Below, piece by piece: positions 13,320 through 26,000 of a stretch of DNA of 64,000 nucleotides. Each line of letters begins with the position of its first letter. Positions within the stretch are counted from its first letter, which is position 1. Position numbers and translations under genes: made by a program. This DNA is from Veleropilina oligotropha (lineage: Eukaryota). The notes beneath the pieces are model-generated. The model saw only the letters and a list, made by a program, of their open reading frames with translations. It was not told where the DNA came from and did not search any database. The DNA lies in contig JBEUKZ010000031.1 in the NCBI GenBank assembly GCA_048128005.1, positions 124,001 through 188,000 on the forward strand, in the 5' to 3' direction.

Positions 13320-16300
13320 GCAATACGGCGGCCCCCCTTTTCCGGTTACATTCCAGGCACGTTAAGTGCATGTTGCCGCGGGTGTGACCCCTGGTGTTGT
13401 CTAGCCGGTCTATACTGAACTGTTGCGTATCTTTGGATTGGTAGATCCATAGCAGTCCGATGTTGCATGCTGCGCAGCAGTTCTGTTGGTCCTCTTTGAG
13501 CCTCAAGATATGGTCGACCTTCTGGTTAAACCACAGGAGACCCTTGACCTGGTCCTGACGCTTGTGGGCTACGAGCTTCCTCTGAATGGTCTTTCGGAGC
13601 TGCTGCTTGGTGGGTTCCCTGACCTCCTCGGTACCCTCATCTGGAGGGCAGGTTAACTGTTCGAGCTGATGCATATATCATACCCGGGACACGGCTAGGT
13701 AGACGAGATTGCTCCACTGAAGATAGTCGTCGATGATCCAGACTTTTCGGGGTCGTGAATCGTAAGACCCTGGCTTGAATGGACGGTGAGAGCATAGCCC
13801 AGGCGCCAATCCGGATACGGGATGGCCTTTTCAGCGGCCTCAATTGTGATCCCTACAACATCATTGAGAACAAGCTCTTCTATTTCGTCGGTTCCCGGAA
13901 CTGTTACCATGTTTTGGTTACGGGTGTCCCTGGGGTGGTAAGGAAGAGGCACTGGGGTAAATTGGAAGCGGTCCTTGTGCCCCTGGAACAAGCTCTCCTG
14001 TGCTCGGTCGCGGACCTTCTGGCGGCTAGTGAGGATTATATCACCTGGCTTCCATTGCTGTACAAACCGGTCCCATCCAAGGCAGCTCGGGAGAGTCTTA
14101 CGCATTTCCTGGCACTGGACTTTGTCGGTCTGGCGACGGATACGTTTTTTGAGAGCTTTGGGGCAGGGTCTTTCGCCCTGTAATCTACCTCAACATCTTC
14201 ATAGTAGACCGCAACGTTTCGTAGCCAATCATATGGCATCTCACCCGTAATAGATAGTGATTGGCCCTTGTCCCCACAGCAGATGACTTGAATGCTTCTT
14301 TGGTCAAGCCAGTTCAGAAACATCTGGAGAATGGGGCGGGGAACTGTGCAGACCTCGTCCCAGATAATGATGTGGGGGATGAACTTCTGGCCCGTCCGGT
14401 CGGGCGTCCAGTCGTTCTGACCACACCACCGGAAGAAGCTGTGATAAGTCTGGGCTTTCACACACCTGGTTCGCATCTCTTTGGCTAGGGGGTGGGTCGG
14501 GGTAAACATGAGAGGGTCTCTTGTCCGGAAGAGCTCGATCGCTCTCGTGGTCTTGCCACTCCCGCCATTCATGTAGCTCAGTTGATGTCGGGGTATAGCA
14601 TGGCGCAGTGATGCTGGGCACGAGATCCTTTGCCTGTCGTATGTACTCCGGCTTTGGCAGGTACGCGGCGTGTTCCTGCGCCATGTATGTACAGCTGTTC
14701 GCCCTTTTCGTGCCACTGGGCTGTGGGAAGATACGGCTCCCCAATCAGGCAGGAGATGCACCATGTATCGCCACAGTCGCATATTTTCGGGGACACGTAG
14801 GCGTGTACACCAGCGAGTTTGTGCAGCGCTGTTTTCTGGACGTAGATGCTGACAATCGCCACTCGGACAGCCTCCTCAAGGGCGAAACGCTGGAGCATGC
14901 TGAGGAGGTTGATGTGGGCATAGGCCAGCATAGAGGCCCTCATGTGGGCGTTCTGAGGCTGGGAACCATCGTAGTATGTGAGGATGTGGCCTAGGGGTCA
15001 CCTTTCAGGCGCGCCGACCAGAGTGCCGCTCAAACGGGTGTCTCGCACAAGGAAGTCAAGCTCTCCCTGGTCGGTCACCAGCCTTCGAGTCAATCTTTTG
15101 CCATCGGCCTTGCTGCCCTGAGTAAACTTGCCGATGATGCTGCAGCCATGGTCACGGTTCTCAGGAAGCCATACCTCGGTTTTCTTTTTGAATGTGTTGA
15201 TGGCTTCTCAGATCTTGAGGCTGTTTAGCAGTCCAGGTTATGTGAGGAAGGCGAGCAGCGGGGTTGGTGCCCAGCTTTTCTGTGCAAAGTGCTTTCCAAA
15301 CCAGGAGGGGATAGTGGGGTGGATTCCTTGTGCAAACTACCATTCTTCGACCTCAGCAAAGCCAGTACCGCTTTGTTGGGGAAGAGGGCCGTTAATTGCG
15401 ACCAGAGTCATGCGATGGGTTGGGTGTCCGAACCTTTCGAAATATGGCTTAGCCTCGCCCTCACCCTGAAAGCTTGCAGGGTAGCAGGCTTTCATGTCGA
15501 TCATAGTCCATGGAGTTCCAAAGGCCACCATGGCCATGCTCTATACAAGCCTTTTGGATGTCATCAAGCAGGCTGAATGGGGTAGGTTTCCAGCCGTTGT
15601 TCTCTTTGGCCATAATGCTAGCTGCATGGTTCACGCCAAAGGACCGATCGGCAAGGGACTCATCCCCCAGAGCTCTACAGGCTTCCTGCAGAGCGTTGTG
15701 AGCATCTTTTGTCCTGTAGGTGCGGCCGTCTTGCAGCACGAACTGATCCAAGTTCGGCTGTCGCGATGAAGTTGCATCTCCACCGCCAAGGATCCAGACA
15801 GATAGTGGCTCATCCTGAATCACTTGTCGGATTGCGTCCCAAACATTATCAACTCTGTTGATATCGTAGATGTGAACCTGTCTACTTTGCGGAAAGTGTA
15901 GCTCCTTCGGCCAGGCATGGCCGTTGTGGCAGATGAGCTCTATTTTTCTGAGCGTGTTAGTTGTGTGTCCTATATATTTCCCACTGCTGCGGATGTTCAC
16001 CAGGCGATGTCTCTCAAGATAATGGGGCGCTTTAAGATTTTCTCCAGCTCGGCTACATCTTCAACCATAGCCCCTGTCTTGTAGACTCGCTCTTTCCACT
16101 CCTGTTTTTTCTGCCGGCTTGTCGGGGTGAGTCCGTTTCCTTTCAGGGCACCTTCAAAGTGCTCAACCACTCTTTGAGCAACGCAGTTGAGGTCGCCGTT
16201 CTTCATTGGGACCAGGTTGGCAGGATCTGGGTCTCTGAGTGGGTATAGGCCATACACGACTGCAGTGATCGGGTACGCATTCTGGTAGTAGACTTTGTTG

Positions 16301-17164
16301 ACCCCAGTCAGCATCCCTGGTGCTGTAGCCCGAGTGATTTCAACGACACCCTGGCCCTTCTTTCGCGCAGCCTTCACTGGGTCAAACTTGTCCTCGATCA
16401 CCCAGTCGGCTTTCCCATGCTCTTTGAGGTACTTCACTTTGATGATGTACTCACCTTTCGGGAGCTTTCGTAGAAGTCGTGTTGCTCTCTCATCAGTCAT
16501 GCAGTTGTCCATTGCAATGCGGCCAGCCATAGCATGCATACCATCGGCAATCTCAACGTCGCCGATGTCGTGGGTCCTCTGCTTCCACCCTCCATGTAGA
16601 GAAGATCGCGGTGGCACCATCAAACTCAAACTCATCTTTGGTGTCGTTAAGAATCTTGACCCATGGTTCGTTTGGCAAATGAACAAGGTGAGGAGCCTGG
16701 ATGTCCAGGTCGATTAACTGTTTGTCCTCTGGAGTGGTAAACGGCCTTAGAATATCGGGCCCCTTCCGAGCAATTGCCTGGGCAAGGGTCTCTTTCCGAG
16801 ACCTAGTCAGACCGTGTAGGTGTGGCTTGGCGATTCGATCCGCGAAGTTACGAAGTGGCTTGTGTCGTAGCCTGGGATTTTTATCAGCTTGGGTTGTGTA
16901 TTTACTGGCCTTGAGGGTCACATCGACCTCGTCCGTGAGCTGTTGCAATTCGCGAGCACGACAGCCTCTTTTGTGGGGGTTCTCCACATCTCCACAAAAG
17001 GCGGGGAATCTTCTCATTTTCATCGCCCGCTCGAGCCTCCTCCAAAACTCGGTAGCACGGACCTCGGCTATTGCCTTGATGAGGTCGTTTTTCTTGAGCT
17101 TCGACCTGCCAGGAAGCCCGTATTCTTTCGCTAAATTACGTAGTTTTCTGATGAATGGCATCAC
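13309..17164 (-). pseudogene. Frameshifted multidomain replication protein: Rho_N, divergent family-B DNA polymerase, SF1B (RecD/Pif1-like) helicase, HNH/EndoVII-like nuclease
   Basis: LRNLAKEYGLPGRSKLKKNDLI (Rho_N); IDMKACYP (PolB motif A-like); CSIIGKF (motif B-like); RVAIVSIY (eroded motif C); GGSGKT, IIWDE, CGDKGQ, YALTVHSSQG, YLAVSR (SF1 motifs); CAAC...SIDRLDNTRGH..GN...CLECN. Confidence 0.8.
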
Positions 17165-17719
17165 GTATCATTTCGATATGACACTATCATACCAATCTCT
17201 AATTTGAAATTTTTAAAGACGAGCACGACTGCAGCTCGCACAATACTTAGCCGTAGAGTCGGCGGGCTCTTTTTTCAATGTTTATGAGTGCCTGTGCGGC
17301 ACGATAACCGCCACATGGTCTACACAACAGTGGCTGATTTCGTGCCGACGCCACAGCTCTTACATGACGGGGGTGGCGTTCTGCCCATCCGAATTTGCTG
17401 TCTATGGGTTTTACAGAATTCGTTGACGCAGCTGCGATCACAAACCTCAACGGTATTAACCTTTTACCAACGGCATAGATTTGTCCCCCACATGGTTATG
17501 GTGTAATCACTCCGTGATTATGACATACGTATAGAAGTCTCTAATATATGCGGGTAGACTTGGTCTACATGACGATTGTCAATAATTTGTTTATGTAGAC
17601 AAACGGTGCGCCATTAGCTGGCGCATTCACAACCCCTGCAGGGGCTGGGACCCGCCGTCGACCGACCCACCGCGTATGCAAACGCCTGTTTGTCTACATA
17701 AACAATTGCCAATTCTTAA

Positions 17720-17858
17720 TGTATATGGGCACCCCGTGGGAGCTGTCTTGACTCAATTGGGGGGTGAGCCTGAACCCGGGGAAACCCGCCCTCTCCAACC
17801 TGTGACGAGCAAATGTCATCCATAACTTGAACAAATGTGTGATGTCCCTGCCGAGGTG
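17720..17858 (-). mobile_element. SINE family A fragment
   Basis: aaacccgccctctcc...cataacttgaacaaatgtgtgatgtccctgccgagg. Confidence 0.6.
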
Positions 17859-18398
17859 ACAAATGGTAATAAATGTCGCGTTTGAACTATCATAATACAG
17901 GAGAGGGGGTTTACACCGTTAATAATCAAAATTTCCCTCACCGCGTGGGGTCTTCATGCCAATTGCTAGTATATTTCCTAAACGTTGAACCCCGACTATT
18001 TCAAAATCATGCATCCTCTGTCAGACCTCCCCTCCTGACGCTTCGCAGACTCTGACCATGATTTACATTTTAACGTAGGCCTATTACACAAATTACAATG
18101 CAAATATATGCATTAGCTCAAACAGTTTTACTTACAGTCGCTTACCTGCGTATACCACGATCTGAAAAATGATACGAGGCATCCACGCATCTGCGTAGAT
18201 TAATATATTCGGCCTAATGCACATTAGCAAATCTTAATCAAGACAAGATCGATGATAGGGAAGAGGCACCGGTCCTAAACAATTGTACTTAATTAAATCT
18301 TGAAAATGAAAATCTTCATTAATACGGTACTATTAGTAAACACATATTAGACATTTGTCAGGATATGAGATGCATTGATGTGAGGTCACAATGCGTGT

Positions 18399-18660
18399 GG
18401 CCGCTTCGGTAGCGCAGTGGGTAGAGTGTCCACTCTAACTTCACTGGCTTGTTTCCGCTGACGCGAACAGTAGTGGGATCGACCCCCGGCTGAGGCAGCA
18501 CACATTTGTTCAAGTTATGATGCACAGTTGTCCGTGACTGGCCGAAGAGGGCGGGTTTACCCGGCGACCGGGGTTTCCTCCCGCGATAACACGGACATGT
18601 CCTGCCTTGAACCTCGATGTTATAAATATACAGGACATTAAGCATAATTCCTCCTCCTCC
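18399..18660 (+). mobile_element. Full-length tRNA-derived SINE family A
   Basis: A box tagcgcagtggg; B-box-like ggatcgacccc; (ctc)n tail; TSD ACAATGCGTGT at 18388-18398 and 18661-18671. Confidence 0.9.
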
Positions 18661-18679
18661 ACAATGCGTGTAATCTTAA

Positions 18680-18708
18680 TATAATGGAGCTATAATTGTA
18701 TGTGTGTG

Positions 18709-18739
<31 letters not shown>

Positions 18740-18944
18740 TTCAAGTTGAACTCCTCCCAGACGCTTTGACCTAGGACCTTCAAACTTTGGGGGGTTAATC
18801 GGGGTCCCCCAAGGAAGGTTTACCACGAAAAAAATTCGGAAAATTCGGGAAAAAAAAAAAACATTTAAGGGAGCACTATCCAAAAAAAAAAAAAAAAAAA
18901 AATGGGGGGGGGACTTGCCCGGCGAAGACGGGTACCATAGCTAG
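18680..18944. mobile_element. Short Helentron/HINE-like element
   Basis: (gt)n(ctgt)n microsatellite, body, and terminal gcccggcgaagacgggtacc..agctagt hairpin. Confidence 0.5.
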
Positions 18945-19049
18945 TGTTATATAATAATATGAAAGCAAGTTGTCAACCAGAGACGCTACTTAAACGCATA
19001 TATGACGTCATTCACAAGAACGAAATTGGCCCAGGTGTGCGACAAGTAA

Positions 19050-20640
19050 TAAGTATAGTACGAGACACCATTCGTTGTTTTAAATATCAGAACACTTTGC
19101 ATGATTTGCTTCCATGTCAATCACGAGCGCGTTTTAGGCGCACGCGAGTGTCATTCACATGGGAGCAACCAACGCAGAATGTCCTGACAACTAAAATAAC
19201 CGATTGGTGTCAAGTATTATAATTGACTTGTCGCAAACCTCGCCCATGGCAGTCACGTGCATCAGTTAGTTATAGCACGGTTAAAATAAATCGACACACC
19301 TCGGCAAATTTCGTTTAATCTTTCCGTTCGTTATTAAATGGTGATTTAGCACGGAATTAGCCGTGCTATAACCAACTGATATCAGAACACTTTTGGATGC
19401 TGTAAATATGGAACGCCATATTAACATATATTCAATTAATTGAACCTATCTTTAAATAATTGAAGATAGGTTCAATTAATTAGACCTCGGTTCAATTCAA
19501 TTGCACCTAGGTTCAATTCAATTGCACCTAGGTTCAATTCAATTGCACCTAGGTTCAATTCAATTAAAGTATTTGTACCTATCTTCAATTGAATTGAACC
19601 TATCTCTAATTAATTGTACCTAGGTGCAATTGAATTAGACCTATCTCCAATTGAATTGAACCTAGGTTCAATTCAATTGAACCTAGGTTCAATTCAATTG
19701 AACCTAGGTGCAATTGAATTGAACCTATCTTCAATTGAATTGAACCTATCTTCAAATACAACATATCCGTAAATGAATTGTACCTATCTTCAAATGAATT
19801 GAACCTATCTTCAATTGAATTGAACCTATCTTCAATTCGTTGACATCATTGTACAAGTAATGATTTCTCCCCTTTACGTATATACTTTTGGTCTTGGTTG
19901 TTTCTGTCGAAAGTGGTCTGCCAAAACGCTGACGATGTCGATGCGACGGGGAGCGGTTGTTTCAGTAAATATATTGTGGTGTTCCTAATTAAAGATAGGT
20001 TCAATTCAATTGTACCTAGGTTCAATTCAATTGCACCTAGGTCTAATTCAATTGCACCTAGGTCTAATTTGTTTAATTTGAACCTATCTCCAATTGAATT
20101 GAACCTAGGTGCAATTGAATTGAACCTAGGTGCAATTGAATTGAACCTAGGTGCAATTGAATTGAACCTAGGTCTAATTAATTGAACCTATCTTCAATTA
20201 TTTAAAGATAGGTTCAATTAATTGAATATATGTTAATATGGCGTTCCATATGTAAACGCCTCCCTCTGGATACCATGACGCAGTCCAAACGCAGACGTAG
20301 CGATTGTGTATGCATAGATGTACACAGTTCAATGACTGAATCTTTGGAAATGAACATATTGTAACAACATATACGGTGCCACTTCACATCATTGTAAATA
20401 ATCGTGCCTGCAAGTGAAATATTCGCGCACGTTTACGTGACTGAGCGAGGTTTGCGACAAGTCAATTATAATACTCGACACCAATTGGTTATTTTAGTTG
20501 TCGTGACATTCTGCGTGGGTTGCTCCCATGTCATGACACTCGCGCGCTTTTAGGCGCGCTCGTGATTGACATGGAAGCAAATCATGCAGTGTTCCGATAT
20601 CTGAAACAACGAATAGTGTCTCGTACAATAATTATTACTT
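19050..20640. mobile_element. Element with ~210-bp inverted arms, related to the repeat at 1-1130
   Basis: 19050-19260 is the reverse complement of ~20435-20640 (gtacgagacac.attcgttgttt...gacttgtcgcaaacctcgc). Confidence 0.7.
19407..20250. mobile_element. MITE built from 20-bp palindromic repeats, 6-bp TSD
   Basis: TIRs tatggaacgccatattaac... / ...gttaatatggcgttccata; internal (ttcaattcaattgcacctagg)-type arrays in both orientations; TSD TGTAAA at 19401-19406 and 20251-20256. Confidence 0.9.
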
Positions 20641-20849
20641 GCTGGCCAACCATGAACCAACTGCAATGATTTTCGGGAAAGCATATTATAACCGATAAAA
20701 GTCGTGTTATAACACAGTAGGGGCTAAAGAAAAAGTCACAAAAACCAGATCTAGGCCTACTATATTGAAATCAAGTTTTAAGAACGGGACATTGTCTCTC
20801 AAAAACGTGTTGCTACCAACGCTTTAGGTCAACTCAAGCAGATGCAAAC

Positions 20850-21450
20850 GAGAACACCATATTAAGTAATCACATAAGACGATGCTGTGAGGTGAATGAT
20901 GTTGTCGACCAACCCCGGACTGCATGGACACAATTACAACAAACCGATCATGAAATCGAAACAATTGCTGCAAGACGTAGAATCGCTCGAGTCATTCAGA
21001 ATGACTTACATGACCCTATAAAGTAAGGCGAGTTTCTGACTAAACAGTCAGAAATCGGTTACACTGTGCACACCTGTGATTAGAATTTAAGACAACCATC
21101 GGGTTCGTCTGTTAATTCACAACAGTTGTGGTGCCGTGAACGCAGCAGCTTGAATCATGGTGACTGGAACCATGTTCTTTTCGGATATGTTATTTTTGGT
21201 TGTTGAAAATTGATGGACGTATTCTTCGTGTAACGACGAAGAGGGGGAAAGGCATACCACACGTAGCCTTCTGCCTTTGAGTACCTTTCAGAAAGCGTCA
21301 AGGTGTAAGGTTGGATCTGGAACAAGTTTTCAGTCGTGTCTGTAGTCAGGGCTGCAGTTATAAACAGTCTCTATCCGATACTATGTGCAATGCAAAGGAG
21401 ATGTACCTGTGACAAACTCCGATACCTAGCGTCGTGCTCCAGCATAACCA
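20850..21450 (+). mobile_element. Highly degraded Tc1-like transposase remnant
   Basis: Fragments TVRNRLH, DWNHVLF and DGRI in the order seen in Tc1 transposases; many stops. Confidence 0.45.
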
Positions 21451-23064
21451 CTAAGCAACGCCCGCTATTTTTCATTGAAATTTGAATGTTCGTCGATGTA
21501 ATTATTCTCTTTATCAACAACATTGGTGTCAATGTTGTATAACATAATAATCATTCCATAACCAACGGTCAACTCATCCTAGGTTTTTGGCAAGAGAAGA
21601 GCTGGCTGGGGAATGAGTCGACTGTTAAGCTAGCTCCCACTTGTTCCACAACATATCTTGTATTCGACCAAAGTTATGAGATTTACAACACAGTAGGGTT
21701 TTAAAGAAAAATTAACAAAATACAGCTACTGTTCAAATTAAGTTTTAATAAAACGTGTTGCACACGACACACGTAATACATCTCTGTCGGATTCATTTCT
21801 TGTCGTAAAGCAACCCACTAGATAGGCTACAGTCTTGCAGAAATTTTCTCAGATTCTATATTCTTCATTGTGGCATCACTCAGGAGGCGTCTTCGGACTG
21901 CTCGGCCAAGTAGTCCCATATAATTATATGTGTCCGAAGATCTTTGCAATATTTGTTCACAATAATAATATACTAATAAACTTGTCTAATCAATGCATGT
22001 TTAATGTAAGAAAGCAGTCCCCCGTGGTCTAGCTAACAATATGATTACTTAAACCACGGGCCAATACAATAGAATGACTTCACAACAATGGTTTAATGAG
22101 AAACATACTTTATAGAGTATTTGTTCAGGTAAAGTGGACCCACAGGTGAAAAGAAGCTAAATTCTGATATTATAATATTATTATATTCATGTCATTATCG
22201 AACAGTGAAAATTAATCATTCTACAAATAAAACAAGAAGTGTGGGAGCCACACATTATCCCATTGGGTTTGTCGTAATTGATGGAGGGTACATTTTTAAG
22301 TTGACAAAGGGGAATAACTGTGGAAATATTTGTCGAAGCTCTGCCGAATTCGAATTGATCGCCGAGCTATTATTTGAAAACCAGCCATGAGATTTGAACG
22401 ACATCCGATGCATGGCCATGAAGATAATTGATGGAAACAAAATGTTTACGTAACAAAGGGACATAACTGGGGAAATATTTGGCGATATAATACCAAATTC
22501 CATAGGCAACTAGTTTATGTCCCAAGACACCTGCATACCAAATTTGAACTCCCTAGTCATCACGGTTTTCGCGATATTTAATTTCAACAAGCTCTTTAAA
22601 TTACAGAAAAAGTGCATTAGATTAGTTGCCAATAAAACGTATAACGCACCAACCAACCCAATTTTTAAATCGCTAAATATTCTAAAATTTGATGATATGA
22701 TTGAGCATAATATGTGTAAATTAGGATATAAATTCTATAATAAATTGTTACCCGTACAGCTAGAGAACATGTTTTCAACCTACGCCTCCATTCACAATTA
22801 TAATACCCGTTATCGAAACAACCCAATAACCCAACACCATAAAACAGAAATTTATAATAAAAGCTTTTTACGCAAAGTACCATCCTCGTGGGGCAGTCTA
22901 GCAGCAAATATTAAAGATAAAAAATCGATAAGTTCATTCTCTGTTAATTTCATTAAAAACATAATAGCCTTTTATTAAAGACCAGCTTTCTATAATTTCT
23001 ATAATTTCTATAATTTATATTATATAACAATGTACCTACTGTCATAATATTACTTTTTTCTCAT

Positions 23065-26000
23065 TAGTCCAGTAGAAATACACTGTTTTTGTGATGAACC
23101 TGGAAAAAATTAACGCCAAGCTAAATTAGGTATCATTGGAAAGCTTATTTTATGCAGAATAACATATCCAAAATCCTCTGAAATCCGCTTTGAGGAAAAA
23201 AAGTTATAGATCAATCTGCTAGGCGTGTTATAACAACAAAATTTCGTTCGTCAATGCGCGAAGGGAGATAACCCACTCAAATATGAGTCGCGTGTTCTTT
23301 ATTTCATACGTTGAAACTAGAGTTCCCAGTTCGTATTTTATTAATCTACTCATTCATAGTGAGATTGCTTGTCTCATTTCCGTGTTAGATGTAGATTGTC
23401 GACTCTGTGGTATCGGAATCAGATGTCGAAATCGGCTGCTAAACTCTAAAACTTCTATTCGTTGTTTTGTCCATGCAGTAACGGGCTTGAGATTCAGCAC
23501 TTCTTTAAAATATTAAAACTGCTATTTTTTGTTCCAGCGCATCACGCGTAGTTTATCGCATATTTAATAATAGATTTAATTGAAAACGTATCTATGTATT
23601 GGGATTAGCTTTCAAGTTTACGCAGATAAAACACAATCCGGGTTCTCTGCTTTGATATACCTAGCTGAACGCTAGATTTTCATAAACGCTAGAAGTTCGA
23701 TGAACGCTTGAATCATCGTCGAGTTATTATCGTATAATTAATTAAAATAGTTAATTTGATAAATCATTTTGATATGATCATAAACATAATGCACTACAAC
23801 GTATTTGACAACAGTTGTCGATGCATATATATTTCGTTAAATATTACTATTTTTAAAATGTGATATGTTTGACTTCTAGCTTTGTTTAGCAGTGAAATAA
23901 AACAGATCCTTCATAGGATACGTTACTTGTTTCATCCTTGCAAATTAATGTGTCATTATTCTAGTTAAAACAAATATATTGAATTGATACATATATATTT
24001 GTTCACTAACAATTAAGGTTTATACTTTATATGTCAGTGAATACACTAATGCAAATAATATATTTACATACAAACGCTAGAATATTATTTTATAAGTGAA
24101 TACAAATTCTTTTGGTGCCATGCTGAGGGTTTATACTTGAATTTTGAATTTTTATTCAAGTTAACTGAAGTATATTTCCTTAATTGCATTTTTATGTCTA
24201 TCAATTTACGAATTAAATATGACAAATATTGATTTCTTCAGTGGTGTTGCGTGCATCATCTGCACAAAGGAGTTTACTAGTGATTCTCCTGGTGTAAACG
24301 TTGGCGGAAAAGCATTACAGACAATTGTTACGTTTTGTGAATTGCGTGGCGAAGATGATATCCGAACATATTTGTTGAAAAAGATTGCATAAAATGATAA
24401 ATCACCTATCAGAGTTCATCAAAAGTGCCGCCGTGACTTTACCGACAAGAGAAGGCTTAACTACAGGAAAGACTTCGTTGATTCATCAGAACCGAAACGC
24501 ATGAAACGATCTGACAATGCACCATTTAATTGGAAAGAGTCATGTTTTCTCTGTGGCGAAAACTTTTCAAATTCAAATCCTTCATTACGTACAAGAATAC
24601 TTGAATCATGCCAACCACGTGGGGATAAATGGGCGTATGAAGTAGGATTGAGGGTACGTAGCTGTATTGATCTTGTAGCTGTAGAGGCAAAGTACCACAA
24701 AGAATGTCATACACATTTTACTCGTGACAAAGCTGAAGCAACCATTGCAAGTACTTCAGTGGGAAGACCTGAAGATTCACAAATGTCTGCCGTCTTCAAC
24801 AGTCTCTGTGAATGGATCGAAACAGAGGCATATTCAGTACTTTATTCTTTAGCTGAGCTTCACGAAAAAATGGTCGAGATAGGTGGGGACATATCGGCGA
24901 AACGACTGAAGCGGAAACTTCAAGATCGATACACTGATTTTATATACTTTTCAGAAATACAAGGGAAAGAAAATGTACTTTGTTTCCGAGATATGGCAAA
25001 CTACATTATCAGCAACACATGGCATACTGATAGAAAAAATGACATCCATGAAGAAGCTGACAGGATAGTTGCTACTGCGTGTAAGATAATACAAGCAGAA
25101 ATCAGAAATACTGTTTATGATATGGATTTTTATCCCACTGAGAGCGAGCTAAATTCAACAGAGAAAGGCTTAGAAATATTACCTCGAACGTTACGATTGC
25201 TATTGACCGGACTAGTACCAGATAAAGTTCATGCAGCGAGCATAGGACAGTGTATTTTGAAAGCAGCTAAACCGCGTTCTGTTATACCACCTATTTTACT
25301 TGGTTTAGGTGTAGAAATGGACCACACATTTGGTTCAAAATGGCTGGTGAATGAGCTCTCAAGGTTAGGATTTTCTGTGAGCTATGATGAAGTTATCATG
25401 TATAAGCAATCTGTTGTTCGTAGTGAAAACATTGAGGACATTGTCAGAAAACCATATCCTGGATATTTTACACAATGGGTCGCAGATAATGTTGATCATA
25501 ACTTGAACACTCTGGATGGCAAAAATTCATTTCACGGAATGGGTATCATGTCAGTCTCTACACCCTCAGGTGAACGAATACAAGAGGCAGACACTAAACT
25601 CTCAAGGTTGAAACAAGTAGCATCGGGGGATATTACACGTAATCGCGGAATACCTATTCAAAGGTATAACCCTCCGATGAAAGCTGCTCTGAGGGAGATA
25701 AAGATGATACCCCTTCTTCAACTTCAATCTCCGTTTACATTACCGGAGAGCCTCCAGTATAACTTGCACTGCATTGGTATGTTTGACAAATTACGTCCAG
25801 TTCGCCCCCAGTTGGACGGGATTCATGCAGTCTGTTTCTAATGGCAATTACCCTGGACAGTCGGAAACTACATTTCTGCCCATAATTGATCTCAAGTCAA
25901 CTGACGAAAGTTGCATCTACTCCACCTTGTTATATATTCAGAAACAGGCGGAAATTTTGGGCGTCGTGACACCTTGCATTACATTCGATCAACCACTTTG

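Noticed and set aside
14036..14600. Helitron Rep-helicase
   Set aside because: No HUH/Y2 Rep motifs were seen; the upstream domain has PolB-like motifs and an integrase is adjacent.
13779..17207. Plus-strand ORFs over the viral relic
   Set aside because: They are antisense shadows of GC-rich coding sequence with no motifs.
18399..18500. tRNA gene
   Set aside because: A/B boxes are present, but it continues into a SINE body with tail and TSD, and I could not fold a convincing cloverleaf.
19440..20220. CRISPR-like short repeat array
   Set aside because: The units are contiguous with no unique spacers, there are no cas genes, and the context is a eukaryotic MITE.
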